Source: Octopus bimaculoides (taxonomy: Eukaryota). From it: a stretch of DNA of 64,000 bases. The notes below the pieces were generated by a model. It searched no databases, was not told where the DNA came from, and was given only the letters and a program-made list of their open reading frames with translations. The translations under genes were made by a program, and so were the position numbers. The stretch covers positions 141,942,186-142,006,185 of the forward strand of contig NC_068983.1 of the NCBI RefSeq assembly GCF_001194135.2, in the 5' to 3' direction. Shown here piece after piece: positions 50,575 to 64,000 of this stretch (within the stretch, counting starts at the first letter, position 1; every line of letters starts with the position of its first letter).

Positions 50575-52758
50575 CATGAGATTCATTTGAATTAGGTACT
50601 TAAGTTGAAGCACTAGGTCAGTCCGGTATTATCCGCACAGCTCGAAGTAAAGTGAATAAAATCAAAATAAGCAACAGGATATCAGGATATGTAGCTAAGA
50701 ATAGACTACACTTCCAAGAATCGCATGAATTACAATCCTTTATAACACTATGACCCCAATAGGCTTCATGCGATTCTTGGATGTGAAGTCTATTAGCTAT
50801 AATAGCGACAGCAAGAGTTTCTTCCATCTTCTTGCACTATTAGAATATTTGAGAAAAATTATATTAATGTGTCCGACTGGTTAAAATTCTATTTATTTAT
50901 TTGTGCTGTTGAAGATGGCATTGCATTTAAATTGATGTAATGATCGCATTGTTCAATTAAATGGAGTCGCTTGAAACGGTCGTACTGCATCACTACTTGA
51001 TATCCTGTTGCTTATTTATATTTATATAATAATATATATACATAAAAGAGCGATTTGACGTTGATATCCATTATTATTGAAATTTATTCCTATGTCAACA
51101 TTTCTGTATAAGGCTATATTTAGCTGTCAAATTCAAGTCAAATATATAATTTACCTTACACGTCTTCAGGGTAAAAGGTAACGAAAAAAAGTAAAGACCA
51201 AAAACATATATATACATACACACACATATATATATACATATATATATATATACATNNNNNNNNNNNNNNNNNNNNNNNNNNNNNNNNNNNNNNNNNNNNN
51301 NNNNNNNNNNNNNNNNNNNNNNNNNNNNNNNNNNNNNNNNNNNNNNNNNNNNNNNAAAAAAAAAAAAAAAAAGGGGTAAAAGTTACGTGATGGTGGTGCT
51401 TATTCCGAAACTCTGCATTGATGAAATTGTTTTCAACATTTATTCATTTAGTTTCGAAAATATATATTCTTATCATTCGATAACGTTAAACGCTTTCAAA
51501 CATTTTGAGAATTACTAAATTATAATTCATTTAGTTTTAAAACGTAATTTTTAATCGTCTACATGTTTCAAAAGTCTCCTTTCACCCTTATTCATTCTGG
51601 TTTTGCGAGGCGGACAAAATGCTTGTAAAAATTACACAGACAAGAATTAGTTATTCTGATAAAATAAAGGAGAGATTAAAGTAAAGAATAAGCTACAGCA
51701 AAACTATTTAAGTGTATATTATTAACCAATTTATGTCGGGAAAACCGTAAAAATGAAATCGGAAAAAAAAAATTTAAATAGTAATTTAAAAAATACGGTG
51801 ATGGAATCAAAAGTAAACACTGCTTAAAGGAGTGTTGAGTAACAAGATGTGGCCTACATATCTGTAATTAGAACGAAAAGGTGGGAAGGGAAGGAATGTG
51901 AGAGGAAGTAACATTGGGGGGGGGGGGAGATTTAGAGAATAGGAGAAAAAAACAGGGGTTAATAAAAGAAAAAAGTCAGTGAAATTTAACTGAGAAAAAT
52001 AATGAGGAAAGTGGCGGAGAGAACATGAGAAATCGATGAAGAACAAGGAAATAAATGTGAAACTGAGAGAGAGAGAGAGAAGATAGAAAGAAAGAAGGGG
52101 GGAGCGAGGGAGTGAGAGAGTAAGGTGAACCATTTAAGAACTAAGTAACGAAAGAAACGGTATTTAAAGAGGAGTAAGTTTATTATACATATACATACAT
52201 AAACATACGTGTGCGTGGATGAAATAGGTAATGAGGGAGAATAAGAGAAAAAAAAGTAAATAAGAAAGAACAAACGAATGAAAGAAGGAATATGAGGGAA
52301 AAGTAAAAATACATTTAAAGATTTTTAAAAGCGAATTAAAAAAGCAAACAAATTAAAAAGAGAAAGAAAGGCTAATTAATGAGTGTACAAGGGAGATAAC
52401 CGTGTTTGTCGCTTAATGCTCGTCTCTCACTTTCACCTTAACGCGAGAGACGGCGACATTGGAGTACCTTGCTTGTATCGTGTAATTGTTATCAGAATAC
52501 AAACATTACCGGCATCGTTCGGTGTCCAGATGGAAGGAATCGGTCAGAGATTATAGATTATTCACACAACGACTACATTGAAATGTAAGATTTTTTTTTT
52601 CAAACAAATTCCTTAAACTACTCACTTCCCACTTTCCTTTCCAAAACAATAACAACAAAAAGTGTAAATCAGCTAAAACAACTTTCCAGTCAATAATTTT
52701 CCTCCTCTATTTGTTTTCTTAATTACACAGGCAAGTTGGTTCGATATGTACACGCACA

Positions 52759-52794
<36 letters not shown>

Positions 52795-52796
52795 TG

Positions 52797-52834
<38 letters not shown>

Positions 52835-55800
52835 TACAACTTGTGTATTTATACGCAATGTTTATATTAAGGGTTTTGGTGAATATTTTGATCAGAAAAT
52901 ATTGTGCTATTTTTCTCAGTGTTATTGTTGTTAATTAATAATAGTTAGATAAATCATTATCGTTTTTCTTAGTTGCATCTTTATTTTCATTTCACTGACA
53001 GAAGCTGGGTGCTTTTGTTATTGTTGTGTTTTTCTATTTGCTGTCTAAAAATATTGGTGTCTAGTGTGATTTATGGAAGAGAAGAAAGGGAAAAAAATTG
53101 TTACATAAAAAGAGACAAAAGTTTATACGGAAAAAAACATGATATGGCGATAAAGATGAAAATGCTGTATTGGTGCAGCTCTACATGAAGAGTAGATTGT
53201 TTGAACAGGGGAGTGTTAGTGACAAGGAGACACAGACGGCTGGCTAGACGATGCGAACTAATGGAACCAGACAGAAAAGGATGGGGAGTAAGAAAGAAGT
53301 AATCGCTTGCGCTATTTCCACTATCTTTGGACATACTGCTTCAGGCAGCATGGAAACAACCATCCTGCTCTATTTCACTCTTCGATCCTAATATGCTGGT
53401 CATTTTATGGTTAGCTTAAAGAACTCTACCACCTCCAAGCACCTATATTTTAAAGAACACGATATAAATCGATTCATCTTGTATCAACCCAAGCGACCGG
53501 TATTCGCAGCTTGTTTGCTCCCTAAATGAATCTCTTTGAGTCAAATGTGAGTTGTTTTAAAATATTTGTTTATCATGCATTCGACAAATTTTTGAATGGG
53601 GGTGGGGGAATAATCAGTTAATGTGACACCAGTATGTTACTATCACATACTCCTTGATGAGTTAAAAGTTAAACATAATTCCACTAAAATTTGAACTATG
53701 AGCTGTCTTAATATACGACAATGAATTTTTTTTAAATCTTGATAGTATTAGTAATGATTTTTAAAAATATAGACACGTTGCCTTCTTAACTGAGTTGGGT
53801 TTTAAGAAAACAACAGTTATTGTTGTTTAGCCCTTAGCAAGTGGAGAGAGCACGTAGAGGCAACCTCATCATCAGTTCTATTTGGTAATGGTTTCTAACA
53901 TTGGCACATGGCTACACATTTTTGCAACAGAACACAGATTATTGAAATGTTTTGTTGATACTTGTTAATCCCGGAAGGCTGAGCGACGAAATTGATCAAA
54001 ATTATATGATAGTAATTTCCATGAAAATGACTGTTTCTTTTATGTAAAGAAGAAAAACAATTTTTTTCTTCATATACAATGTGCCTCCTGTTTATAGTGT
54101 GGATAAAGTAAGACGTCACAACTTCCAATAGAGTAATTGATTGCTACCTAACTGAAGCGACATGACCCACCGGGAAATGAAACCGGCGCTGTCAACTTTC
54201 TCTTACCTCCAAATGGTTAACAATAATGAGTATCTGTGTGTGAATACTGTTTTACTCTATTTCTCCCTCTCTCTCTAACTTACATGCTGCACACACAAAT
54301 GTGTGTATTTGCATTTATTATTTTTCAATTGATTAAAAAGGAAAAAGACAACAACGAGGATAATGAAAATAACTAAAGAAGCACAATGATTATTCGCCGT
54401 CTCTTCATTCTAAATTGTCCAGTCAATTCACCCGGATTTTTAATTCTTAAATATTAACTATTGCTTGCCTTGCAGGCCAAATAAGTCTCATACACATGGT
54501 TCCTTTTTGTTGCTCTTCCTGCTGCCAACTCTTATAAGTTACTTTTTACGATATGCATGGACAGTATGTATCATGATTCACACAGTGTTGTTAAAATTTA
54601 AATATAACAACTTTAAAAATTATTAACCCCCCCCCCTCCCAAATCATCATAAACAGAAAGAACGATTGTGATTTCGAAGTTTCGGCGAAGGTGGCTTGTC
54701 AAACTGAAAGTGTAAGAGTTAAAAGCTTATATAAAAACAATGAAGGTAGTAAGTATAAAATGCCTCTGGAATTAACAAAGAATAACTGAGATATATTCTA
54801 AGTTCTAAATGTAAAGAAATTCGAACAGTTTGGCGTTATTACTGGAATCTCATTTTAGTGGGTGATTGAGTAAATTTTCGAAGAATGAGAAATAGCATTA
54901 CAGCATTAGTATTCATTCAGTAAAAAATTAAATATTAACCTTCAACAAGGTATAGAGAAATTATGAAATGAAGTGAAATGAAGCATGGTTGTCAAATAAG
55001 ACAACTAAACTCTAGCATGTACAGAGGTGAATAGGAACGAAACCATCGTGGAAACTGGAGAGCTACATCTACAGGCAAATTACCAATTAAGATAGCATAA
55101 TAATAATAATAATAATAATAAAATGGAAAATCAAGGAGATTCATGTACTCTGGATAGTTGACATGTAATATAAGGGAGATAATTGAGGCCTGATTCATGC
55201 AACTCGAACGAAGTAAAAAAAAAAATAAGGACTATATGAAAAATAATAAGTTTGCATAGGGTTAAAAATAACAATAGGTAATATTAAACAGGTAAAAATT
55301 TAGTATAGGTGTCTTCAAATATAATATATACATACATTACAATCATACATTTCTCTGTGTATATGTAATATATAAATTGTTTTAACATCTATTTTTCCAT
55401 GCTCACATGTATTAGACAAAGTTGGTTGTGGCAGAAATTTTGTGGCTGGATGCTCTTCCTGATACCAACTTCTAAGTAACGTAATATTTCCCCATGGCCT
55501 GGCATGTTTCACAGAAGATACATAATGTATTTATATGTATGTATGTGCACATATATCAATATCTGTGTATATATGCATACTTATATATATATATATATAT
55601 ATATATAGACGGTTTAGATATAGATTCAAAGTTGAATATGGTACTTATGCGTAGGCACCCGAATATCGCATCCCAAAAGGATAGGTGATTAAAATAAAAA
55701 AATAAGCAACACGGATTTCAAAGGTGATTGCAGTACGCACATTTCATGCTACTTCAATTTATTTAAGTAATGCGAGCATTACCTTAAATGCAATATGAAG

Positions 55801-56329
55801 AGCAATCTTCAGCTGCACGAAAATGCAGAAAATGATAGACTCGGCTATGTCAAGATGGACTTATGTATTCTTCCTCACATTTGGATTTTTATATATTCTC
55901 TCTCCCACTTGGATTTGAAATGTTGCCNNNNNNNNNNNNNNNNNNNNNNNNNNNNNNNNNNNNNNNNNNNNNNNNNNNNNNNNNNNNNNNNNNNNNNNNN
56001 NNNNNNNNNNNNNNNNNNNNNNNNNNNNNNNNNNNNNNNNNNNNNNNNNNNNNNNNNNNNNNNNNNNNNNNNNNNNNNNNNNNNNNNNNNNNNNNNNNNN
56101 NNNNNNNNNNNNNNNNNNNNNNNNNNNNNNNNNNNNNNNNNNNNNNNNNNNNNNNNNNNNNNNNNNNNNNNNNNNNNNNNNNNNNNNNNNNNNNNNNNNN
56201 NNNNNNNNNNNNNNNNNNNNNNNNNNNNNNNNNNNNNNNNNTATATATATATATATTTGTGTATGTTCTTTCATATATGTATAAAAGTGCAAAGACCCAC
56301 GCTATGGGTTTATGCCTAGAAAGTTCCCC

Positions 56330-56550
56330 TCTGAGGCACAATCCAGGCAAAGTTGTTTTGTGGAAGACCAACAGTTGCTCATGCATATCAGTCTCTCCTC
56401 TCCATGCTACTAATGCTGTCCAAAGGAAAGGCAACAGCCAGTGCAGCTTGGCACCAATGACATTGCAATTCATTTCTGCTGCTAAATGAACTGGAGCAAT
56501 GTGAAATAGAGTGTCTTGCTCAAGAACATAATACACAGCCAAGTCTGGAA
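56330..56550 (-). mobile_element. SINE fragment (CORE-like)
   Basis: CTGGAGCAATGTGAAATAGAGTGTCTTGCTCAAGAACATAATACACAGCC is related to the 4.8-5.1 kb copy. Confidence 0.55.
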
Positions 56551-56604
56551 GGGAAGATAGTTTTTGTATGTGGCAGATGCTCACGAGCAAAAAACACTGA
56601 AAAT

Positions 56605-57805
56605 GTGCAGAGAACAACTTCCACTACATTCCAGGGAGAAAAACTAGAGGTAGTTGATAGCTTCCATTACCTAGGTGACCAAGTCAGTAGCTGGGGAGGG
56701 TGTGCTGAAAGTGTAACTGCTAGAATAAGAATAGCCTGGGCAAAGTTCAGAGAGCTCTTACTTCTGCTGGTGACAAAGGCCTCTTGCTCAGAGTAAAAGG
56801 TAGAATGTATGACACGTGTACAAACAGCCATGCTACATGACAGTCAAACATGGGCTGTGACTGCTGAGGACATGCGTAAGCTCACAAGGAATGAAGCCAG
56901 TATGCTCCGCTGGATGTGTAATGTCAGTGTGTATACTCGACAGAGTGTAAGTACCTTGAGAGAAAAGTTGAACCTAAGAAGCATCAGATGTAGTATGCAA
57001 GAGAGACGACTGTGTTGGTATGGTCATGTGGCGAGAATAGATGAGGATAGCTGTGAGAAAAAGTGCCACACCCTAGCAGTTGAGGGAACCTGTGGAAGAG
57101 GTAGACCCAGCAAGACCTGAGATGAGGTGGTGAAGCACGACCTTCAAACATTAGGCCTCACCAAGGCAATGACTAGTGACCGAGACCTTTGGAAATATGC
57201 AGTGTGTGAGAAGACCTGGCAAGCCAAGTGAGACCATAACCTGTGGCCTATGCCAGGGGTGTAACCAGCCCACTTATGCATACCTCTCCTTCATTGGACA
57301 CTAAACTCTGCTTGCGAATACCTGTTGATGCAAGTGAAATCAAAATTGAATCAAATTTAATGAGTGGAGTGCTAAGAGCATCATCCAAGCACGATCACTG
57401 CCAGAGCAGCTGACTGGCTTCTGGGCCAGTGGCACGTAAAAAGCACCACTCAAGCGTGATCATTACCAGCGTTGCCTTACTGGCACTTATGCCGGTGGCA
57501 TGTGAAAATACATTCGAGCGAGGTCATTGCCAGTGCTGCTGGACTGGCTCCTGTGCAGGTGGCACGTAAAAAACACCATTTTGAGTGTGGCTGTTGCCAG
57601 TACCGCCTGACTAGCCCTTGTGCCGGTGGTACGTAAAGCACTCACTACACTCTCAGAGTGGTTAGTGTTAGGAAGGCCATCCAGCTGTAGTAACTCTGCC
57701 AGATCAGATTGGAGCCTGGTGCAGCTATCTGGTTCACCAGTCCTCAGTCAAATCGTCCAACCCATACCAGCATGGAAAGCGGACGTTAAACGATGATGAT
57801 GATGA
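56605..57805 (+). mobile_element. 5'-truncated RTE LINE, relatively well preserved, with 3' UTR and (TGA)n tail
   Basis: EKLEVVDSFHYLGDQV..VTARIRIAWAKFREL; LRWMCNVS..LREKLNLRSIRCSMQERRLCWYGHVARIDED..GRGRP. It ends ...GGAAAGCGGACGTTAAACGATGATGATGATGA. Confidence 0.95.
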
Positions 57806-58257
57806 CAAAGCATTAGTGAACCTCAGGTTAGAGAAGAAGAGGCTTGTTCAAGTTGCCATGAAGTAGGACTAAATCTGAAACCATGTTGTTAGTAGATGAA
57901 CCACTCAACTCTGCAGACATGTCTATGCCTATATGTGTGTGCATGTATAGCTTTGTGACTTGGGTGTTGGGTGTATATCATATGTTGAATCTCTGGACTG
58001 AGCAAGGTATTTCATTTGACATTGCCCCTGTCTACTTGGCTAAAATGAGTATCAACCATGTATTGATGCATCATTCTCTTCCTCCGGCTGTTAGATTCTG
58101 GATATTTAACCGGGTCAATGGTGGGAAGTTGAGAGCATGTCTATGTATGTTTGCAACTATTTAGACACCTAAAACAATTAATAGTAAGTTTGGTTCACAC
58201 TACTAAGTAATCTTTTAATCTTTAATTCTGAGTGATGGCTTCATTTCAAATATCTCA

Positions 58258-58297
<40 letters not shown>

Positions 58298-59246
58298 AAA
58301 GTACAGTATANNNNNNNNNNTCCAACCCATACCAGCATGGAAAGCGGACGTTAAACGATGATGATGATGACAAAGCATTAGTGAACCTCAGGTTAGAGAA
58401 GAAGAGGCTTGTTCAAGTTGCCATGAAGTAGGACTAAATCTGAAACCATGTTGTTAGTAGATGAACCACTCAACTCTGCAGACATGTCTATGCCTATATG
58501 TGTGTGCATGTATAGCTTTGTGACTTGGGTGTTGGGTGTATATCATATGTTGAATCTCTGGACTGAGCAAGGTATTTCATTTGACATTGCCCCTGTCTAC
58601 TTGGNNNNNNNNNNNNNNNNNNNNNNNNNNNNNNNNNNNNNNNNNNNNNNNNNNNNNNNNNNNNNNNNNNNNNNNNNNNNNNNNNNNNNNNNNNNNNNNN
58701 NNNNNNNNNNNNNNNNNNNNNNNNNNNNNNNNNNNNNNNNNNNNNNNNNNNNNNNNNNNNNNNNNNNNNNNNNNNNNNNNNNNNNNNNNNNNNNNNNNNN
58801 NNNNNNNNNNNNNNNNNNNNNNNNNNNNNNNNNNNNNNNNNNNNNNNNNNNNNNNNNNNNNNNNNNNNNNNNNNNNNNNNNNNNNNNNNNNNNNNNNNNN
58901 NNNNNNNNNNNNNNNNNNNNNNNNNNNNNNNNNNNNNNNNNNNNNNNNNNNNNNNNNNNNNNNNNNNNNNNNNNNNNNNNNNNNNNNNNNNNNNNNNNNN
59001 NNNNNNNNNNNNNNNNNNNNNNNNNNNNNNNNNNNNNNNNNNNNNNNNNNNNNNNNNNNNNNNNNNNNNNNNNNNNNNNNNNNNNNNNNNNNNNNNNNNN
59101 NNNNNNNNNNNNNNNNNNNNNNNNNNNNNNNNNNNNNNNNNNNNNNNNNNNNNNNNNNNNNNNNNNNNNNNNNNNNNNNNNNNNNNNNNNNNNNNNNNNN
59201 NNNNNNNNNNNNNNNNNNNNNNNNNNNNNNNNNNNNNNNNNNNNNN

Positions 59247-59545
59247 CAGCAGTTACAGCCCATGTTTCATTGCCATGTAGCATGGCTGTCCGTACACATG
59301 CGTCATACAGTCTGCCTTTTACTCTGAGTGAGAGTCCCTTTGTCGCCAGCAGAGGTAAGAGCTATCTAAACTTTGCCCAGGCTATTCTTATTCTAGCAGC
59401 TACACTTTCAGCACACCCACCCCCACTACTAACTTGGTCGCCCAGATAGCGGAAGCTATCGACTACCTCTAGTTTTTCACCCTGGAATGAGATAGAAGTT
59501 GTTTCCTGTTTGTTTACAGTCTTTATTGCACCTGAACATCTGCCA
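59247..59545 (-). mobile_element. RTE LINE fragment running into the gap
   Basis: Minus ORF FQGEKLEVVDSFRYLGDQVSSGGGCAESVAARIRIAWAKFR, continuing to MLHGNETWAVTA at the gap edge. Confidence 0.92.
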
Positions 59546-61402
59546 TGGTTTAATTCAATCACAAGCAACTGATTTTGATGATGAATTACAAATAGCATTT
59601 CTTGTACTGTCGTTTAATATAATTTTTATTAAATGATTTTTTTTTTATTCACCAGTGGGTCTATTTTGAGGTTCATGAGAAAGAATGTGCAATTATGTTG
59701 TCAGTATGAAATAAATTTGTTTCTGTTGTTGAGGATTGGCGTAGGGTGGCAACAATTAAGACCACAAGATTTTAATTCATTATTAAATGCTGGAACCTTA
59801 TCTACTCTTTTCCAAGAAATGCTGCTGAATTATTTTCCCTCATCTGATTTCACAGTATATTTTAGAAGTCATGTGATGTTATCTGAGTGACATGGAATGA
59901 GCTATATTCTGCTAGGGTATGTCATCTTTGAAGGCGTGCTCTACGAGTACTATAGAGCTTGTTGACATAATATTAGTGGAGACCTCAGTATGGTATACAA
60001 TATATTTTTCTAAACATTTACCTTGTTATTGCCTTTTGAATTGTGTTTGTTTGCAGTAGGATTCTTGATGTCCCTTAACATATTTCACCTTTGCTGTTCT
60101 TGAGCAACTGGAAATTATATTCTAATCACGAAGAGAAAATATTTTGCAATACATTTTAATCATTATATTGTGGGTTATAGTATATTTCTCCCAGTATTTG
60201 TAGAGTTTTTTTCTTTTCTTTTTTATGCTTTTGGTTGGAAGGATAAAACTTTTACAGAGACTGGTCTATTTGATGTGGTTGATGTTCAGTTCAAACAGAA
60301 GTAAGTTGATACTAATTGGAACAGCATGTGTAGGTTGGAAATTCCAAAAAGTTGATGTTTTAGGAGAAAAAGATTGAAAATAGTGGTTAGTGCAAGAGGA
60401 AGAGAAATGGGCATGATGAGTGTTCATGGGTTGAGGTGGCAAATAACTAGCTAACTCTAAAAGGCTAGACTGTTATAGTTGTGGTAGAAGAATTAGGGTG
60501 AAGAAACTACATCATTTCTCTAACTGTTACAGTGTGTTGTTGAAAAAGTTTTTATGCTAATTTGTTTGATGTATTTCATTTGGGTGCAGTCAGTAATGTC
60601 TCTGTGTGTAACAGCAGCACCATTCTCTGTGTGGGGGAAGTTTTCCATTGCAATTTTTATTTGAGCCTTGTAGAGAGATGTTTGGAGCTTGGGTATTTTC
60701 AGGGTCTGAAAAATATAACTACTCTTTGGAAAGATTTTACTATGCTTTGACTGAAATTGCTAGGAAATATCATCAATGACTGTGTAGTATAGTAGTTGTG
60801 ATTTTAAAGGCTTTAGTTATGTCTTGCTTATGATGAGGGAAAGTGAATCAGAAGACTGTTTCCATGTTACATGTATTGATTGTCATTTTGTGTAGTTGAA
60901 GAAGATTAAATTGTGTCCATGTTTCTGCAGTTTCCGCTGTTACTTTTTGGTAGTAAATACTAATTTTTCTGAATATTGGCTGTGGGTTAGTGCATCATTT
61001 TCTACTCTGTAGCATAATGAATAGCAATTTATTTCAAAGATTCTGGGGTTACTTGAATGTGCAATGAATGCACATCCAACTCTCCTTCATTTTCATCTTC
61101 TGTGAAAACCTGTTGGGCCATGGGGAAATATTATCTTACTTGGAAATAGGTGAATTTTGGTGATAGGCATCTACTTGTTGAAAATCCGCCTCAACAAATT
61201 CTGTCCAACTCATGCAAGCATGGAAAAAGTGCACATTAACATGATGACAATGATTATCACACACACACACACATGTACGCACATCATCACTTTTAGAAGA
61301 GTTGAAACTGAAGTGTGGATTTTGTTGACTGTATTTTCTATATTCCACACTACATTTCAGTCACTCTTCCCACCCCCAAATCTTAACTGTGTTCAGGTTC
61401 TA

Positions 61403-61560
61403 TGCCTATAAATGGGTGAGTGGATAGAGTTCACATTGTTACCTCATTATCTTGAGTTCAATTTCATTGCGTGCCACCTTGGGCAAGTGATTTCTGCTGT
61501 AGCCTTGAGCTGACTAGCACTTTGCAAATAGAATTGATAAACGAAAACTCTATGGAAGCT
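61403..61560 (+). mobile_element. SINE, decayed
   Basis: GGGTGAGTGGATAGAG..GAGTTCAATTTC..CACCTTGGGCAAGTGATTTCTGCTGTAGCC. Confidence 0.55.
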
Positions 61561-61983
61561 TTAGATTCTATTTTATCTGATATACACACACATATGTATG
61601 TATGTATGTGATTGTTTACATTTTGTGTCCTTACATGAAAACATTAATGAAAAAGAAAATAGAAATGGTGACATGTTGGCATTCACTGTCAACAGAATGT
61701 CCTCTAGCTCTGCACTTCGAAAGATAAGTGGAATTTTAAAAAAATGCCCTTCCTTGAAAAGTAGATAAGGATTTAGCAATAGGAAAAACATTCAGCTACA
61801 AAAAAAAAAAAGAAAAAAAACTTCAGTGGGTATTTGTTCAACCCAAACTAGCATGGAAAAACAGACAAACTAGCTGTGTGCACACACACACATATATATA
61901 TTCTCTTGTTACTGCTTTGGTAAGTATGATAAAATCTATGCTTTTAGGGAAGATGTTAGAAGGTAAAAAAAATATCACAGAAT

Positions 61984-62369
61984 GGCTCCCATGCTGGTGG
62001 CATGTAAAAAACACCATTCGAGTGTGATTGTTGCCTTACCGGCACATGTGCCAGTGACACATGAAAAACAACATTTGAGTGTGATCGTTGCCAGTGCCGC
62101 CGGACTGGCTCCTGTGCAGATAGCATATAAAAAACGCCTTTTGAGCATGGTCGTTGCCAGAACTGCCTGACTGGCCCTCATGCCAGCAGCATGTAAAAGC
62201 ACCCACTACACTCTTGGAATGGTTGGTGTTAGGAAGGGCATCCAGCTGTGGAAACTTTGCCAGATCAGATTGAGCCTGGTGCAGCCTTCTGGCTCACCAG
62301 TCCTCAGTCAAACTGTCCAACCCATGCCAGCATGGAAAGCGGATGTTAAACGACAATGATGACGATGAC
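61984..62369 (+). mobile_element. RTE 3'-UTR fragment with tail
   Basis: Paralogous to 57420-57805 (GGTGGCATGTAAAAAACACC repeats) and ends GGAAAGCGGATGTTAAACGACAATGATGACGATG. Confidence 0.9.
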
Positions 62370-62659
62370 ATTTGTTGTGTTTGCTGCAATGCTTGAAATA
62401 ATATTGGCTACAGAGCAGATGTTGTTTTCTATTGATCATATGATGTAGTGGTTTGTTTCTGGTATTGTCATTTATTGCTCATCCCTAGCCAAGCTGTAGA
62501 GTCATATATTTCTTATAGTGATTGAAACACACAAAAATACATATCCAATATGAATCATGAGATTACTGTTTAGAGAAGAAGTTATCCTCAGACTGGTGAT
62601 CTAACCTGAATACTCACAGCAAAAACTCTGCTAAAAGCACCAAGAGACCAGGTGATAGT

Positions 62660-62880
62660 GTTAAGCATAAAAAAACAGGAGCAGTCTCTCTTATGGTCTT
62701 TCATGTCTTTCCATTTACTGAATTTCCTTTGCAAGACTTTGTTTTACCTCAAGCTGTGGGAGCAGGCATGTCTGATAAATACTTTATCAATTGTGAGATG
62801 GGAGATGCTATGCACTGGAATTGAACTTGAAACCATGTAGTTGTGAAGGGAATATTTTAACCTTACAGTTATGCCTGCTC
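62660..62880 (-). mobile_element. SINE, decayed
   Basis: GGAATTGAACTTGAAACCATGTAGTTG..TTAACCTTACAGTTATGCCTGC is the reverse complement of a tRNA-like head. Confidence 0.45.
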
Positions 62881-64000
62881 CCCTAATTCTAATCTCAGAA
62901 TCAATAAAGTGTATACCAGACATATACTAAGGTAAATTGGTCCCATAGTAGTGTGAGAAATGGTTATTAGTGAAACGTCAGGATTGATAGAATGAGGGAT
63001 GAAATATCTTGTACTCTTTAGCTATGTTACTTTATGTTTTGAATTGAAACTTGCTTGGCTTGATTTTGCCTTTCATCCTTTTGGAGTTGGTAAAAGAGCA
63101 GCCACGTAATTGTGGGTTGATTAAATTGATAACTCTTCAATATGTATTCTTGTAGAAAAACAGAGATCACTATCATTCTTTATTTTTCAAGTTGGGTTGG
63201 CTTTTATCCCTCTGGGATCATTAAAATAAGTACTTGGAGTCAACTGAAACTATTATTCTTATTCTTCATTATGCTTCACATATTGGTGGCATTGTGCCAA
63301 CTGTTTAAGAAACAACAATTATATTTTGAAGTTTTGCGAATGGATCTTCTTGAAGTTGACTCTACTCTCTACCCCTCGATGAAAGTCAATTGAATGACTA
63401 CTAGTGATATAATACATTAGAACCAAAAATAAAGTTTATGTAATGTTGATAAGTTTTACTTGTGTTTTTAATAAGTTGATAAGTTTTGTGTTTTACTTGT
63501 GTTAAAATTTTCTCTCCTCGCAATAATTCAACCGTAGCAACATTCCCCAAATTCTCTTTTGCATTATTTGTCAAAACAGACCCTTGCCAGATTACTCAGA
63601 TTGCATACTTTACTCTACAGGAGACTTGCTTGTTTGTTTATTTATCTTATGCCTGCTTTCCTATGTTAGCATGACTTGGACTGGTACTTATTCCAAGGTA
63701 GTATTTTCACAATCAGATGCTTTTCCTATTGCCAACTCTTTTCTGTTTTCCAAGTGAGTTTTTATTCCACCACTTTGATAATGAAGCTACAAGATGTAAT
63801 GTTCACTGGAAATGTAAACATGCCTACTGCTTTGTTTTCCTTCACAGTCTTATGTGAGACATGGAAATGCTAATTGTCATGCACACACTCACATGTACAT
63901 GCACGTGTGCATGTACATATATGTAGTATATGTATATATTAGTGTTACTCATCATCTGATGGGCTAACTTTGGAAGTATATTTATCTACAATGGATAATA

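Noticed and set aside
57756-58604. Exact 284-bp direct duplication (57756-58039 = 58321-58604)
   Set aside because: The second copy is bounded by N-gaps on both sides and is identical, so it is most likely redundant contig overlap.
42267-59449. Long ORFs of 140-330 aa in the track
   Set aside because: They are long only because they run through N-gaps.
1-64000. CRISPR arrays, operons, rRNA or true tRNA genes
   Set aside because: This is eukaryotic intron-rich DNA. The tRNA-like boxes belong to SINE heads, and there is no repeat-spacer array.

Overview
AT-rich, microsatellite-dense animal genomic DNA with seven N-gaps. The SINE and RTE repeat set looks like octopus (coleoid cephalopod); this is inferred from recalled repeat families, not verified. 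The left half holds the 3' part of a + strand spliced gene. It has six coding exons (6025-6117, 12919-13095, 15394-15507, 20096-20239, 25410-25574, 26882-27000) joined by canonical GT-AG, all phase 1, giving about 270 aa ending ...DSGCTDF*. The product is a disordered, proline-rich protein in which each exon after the first carries one copy of an RYxGxxIPSxxFxxLQ-like motif, resembling the SxSFxxLQ motif of the Zasp/PDLIM linker. A candidate ATG first exon (2770-2791) and a candidate alternative last exon (8935-8990) also occur. The rest is mostly transposon debris: several Tc1/mariner lineages, hAT/piggyBac/pogo-type MITEs, RTE LINE fragments, tRNA-derived SINEs, an LTR-like segment and a Penelope-like remnant. 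The Penelope-like remnant is followed by two minimal hammerhead-ribozyme-like motifs 180 nt apart. A CpG-retaining block (about 42.1-55.9 kb) sits between two CpG-depleted domains. No tRNA, rRNA or CRISPR features are supported.
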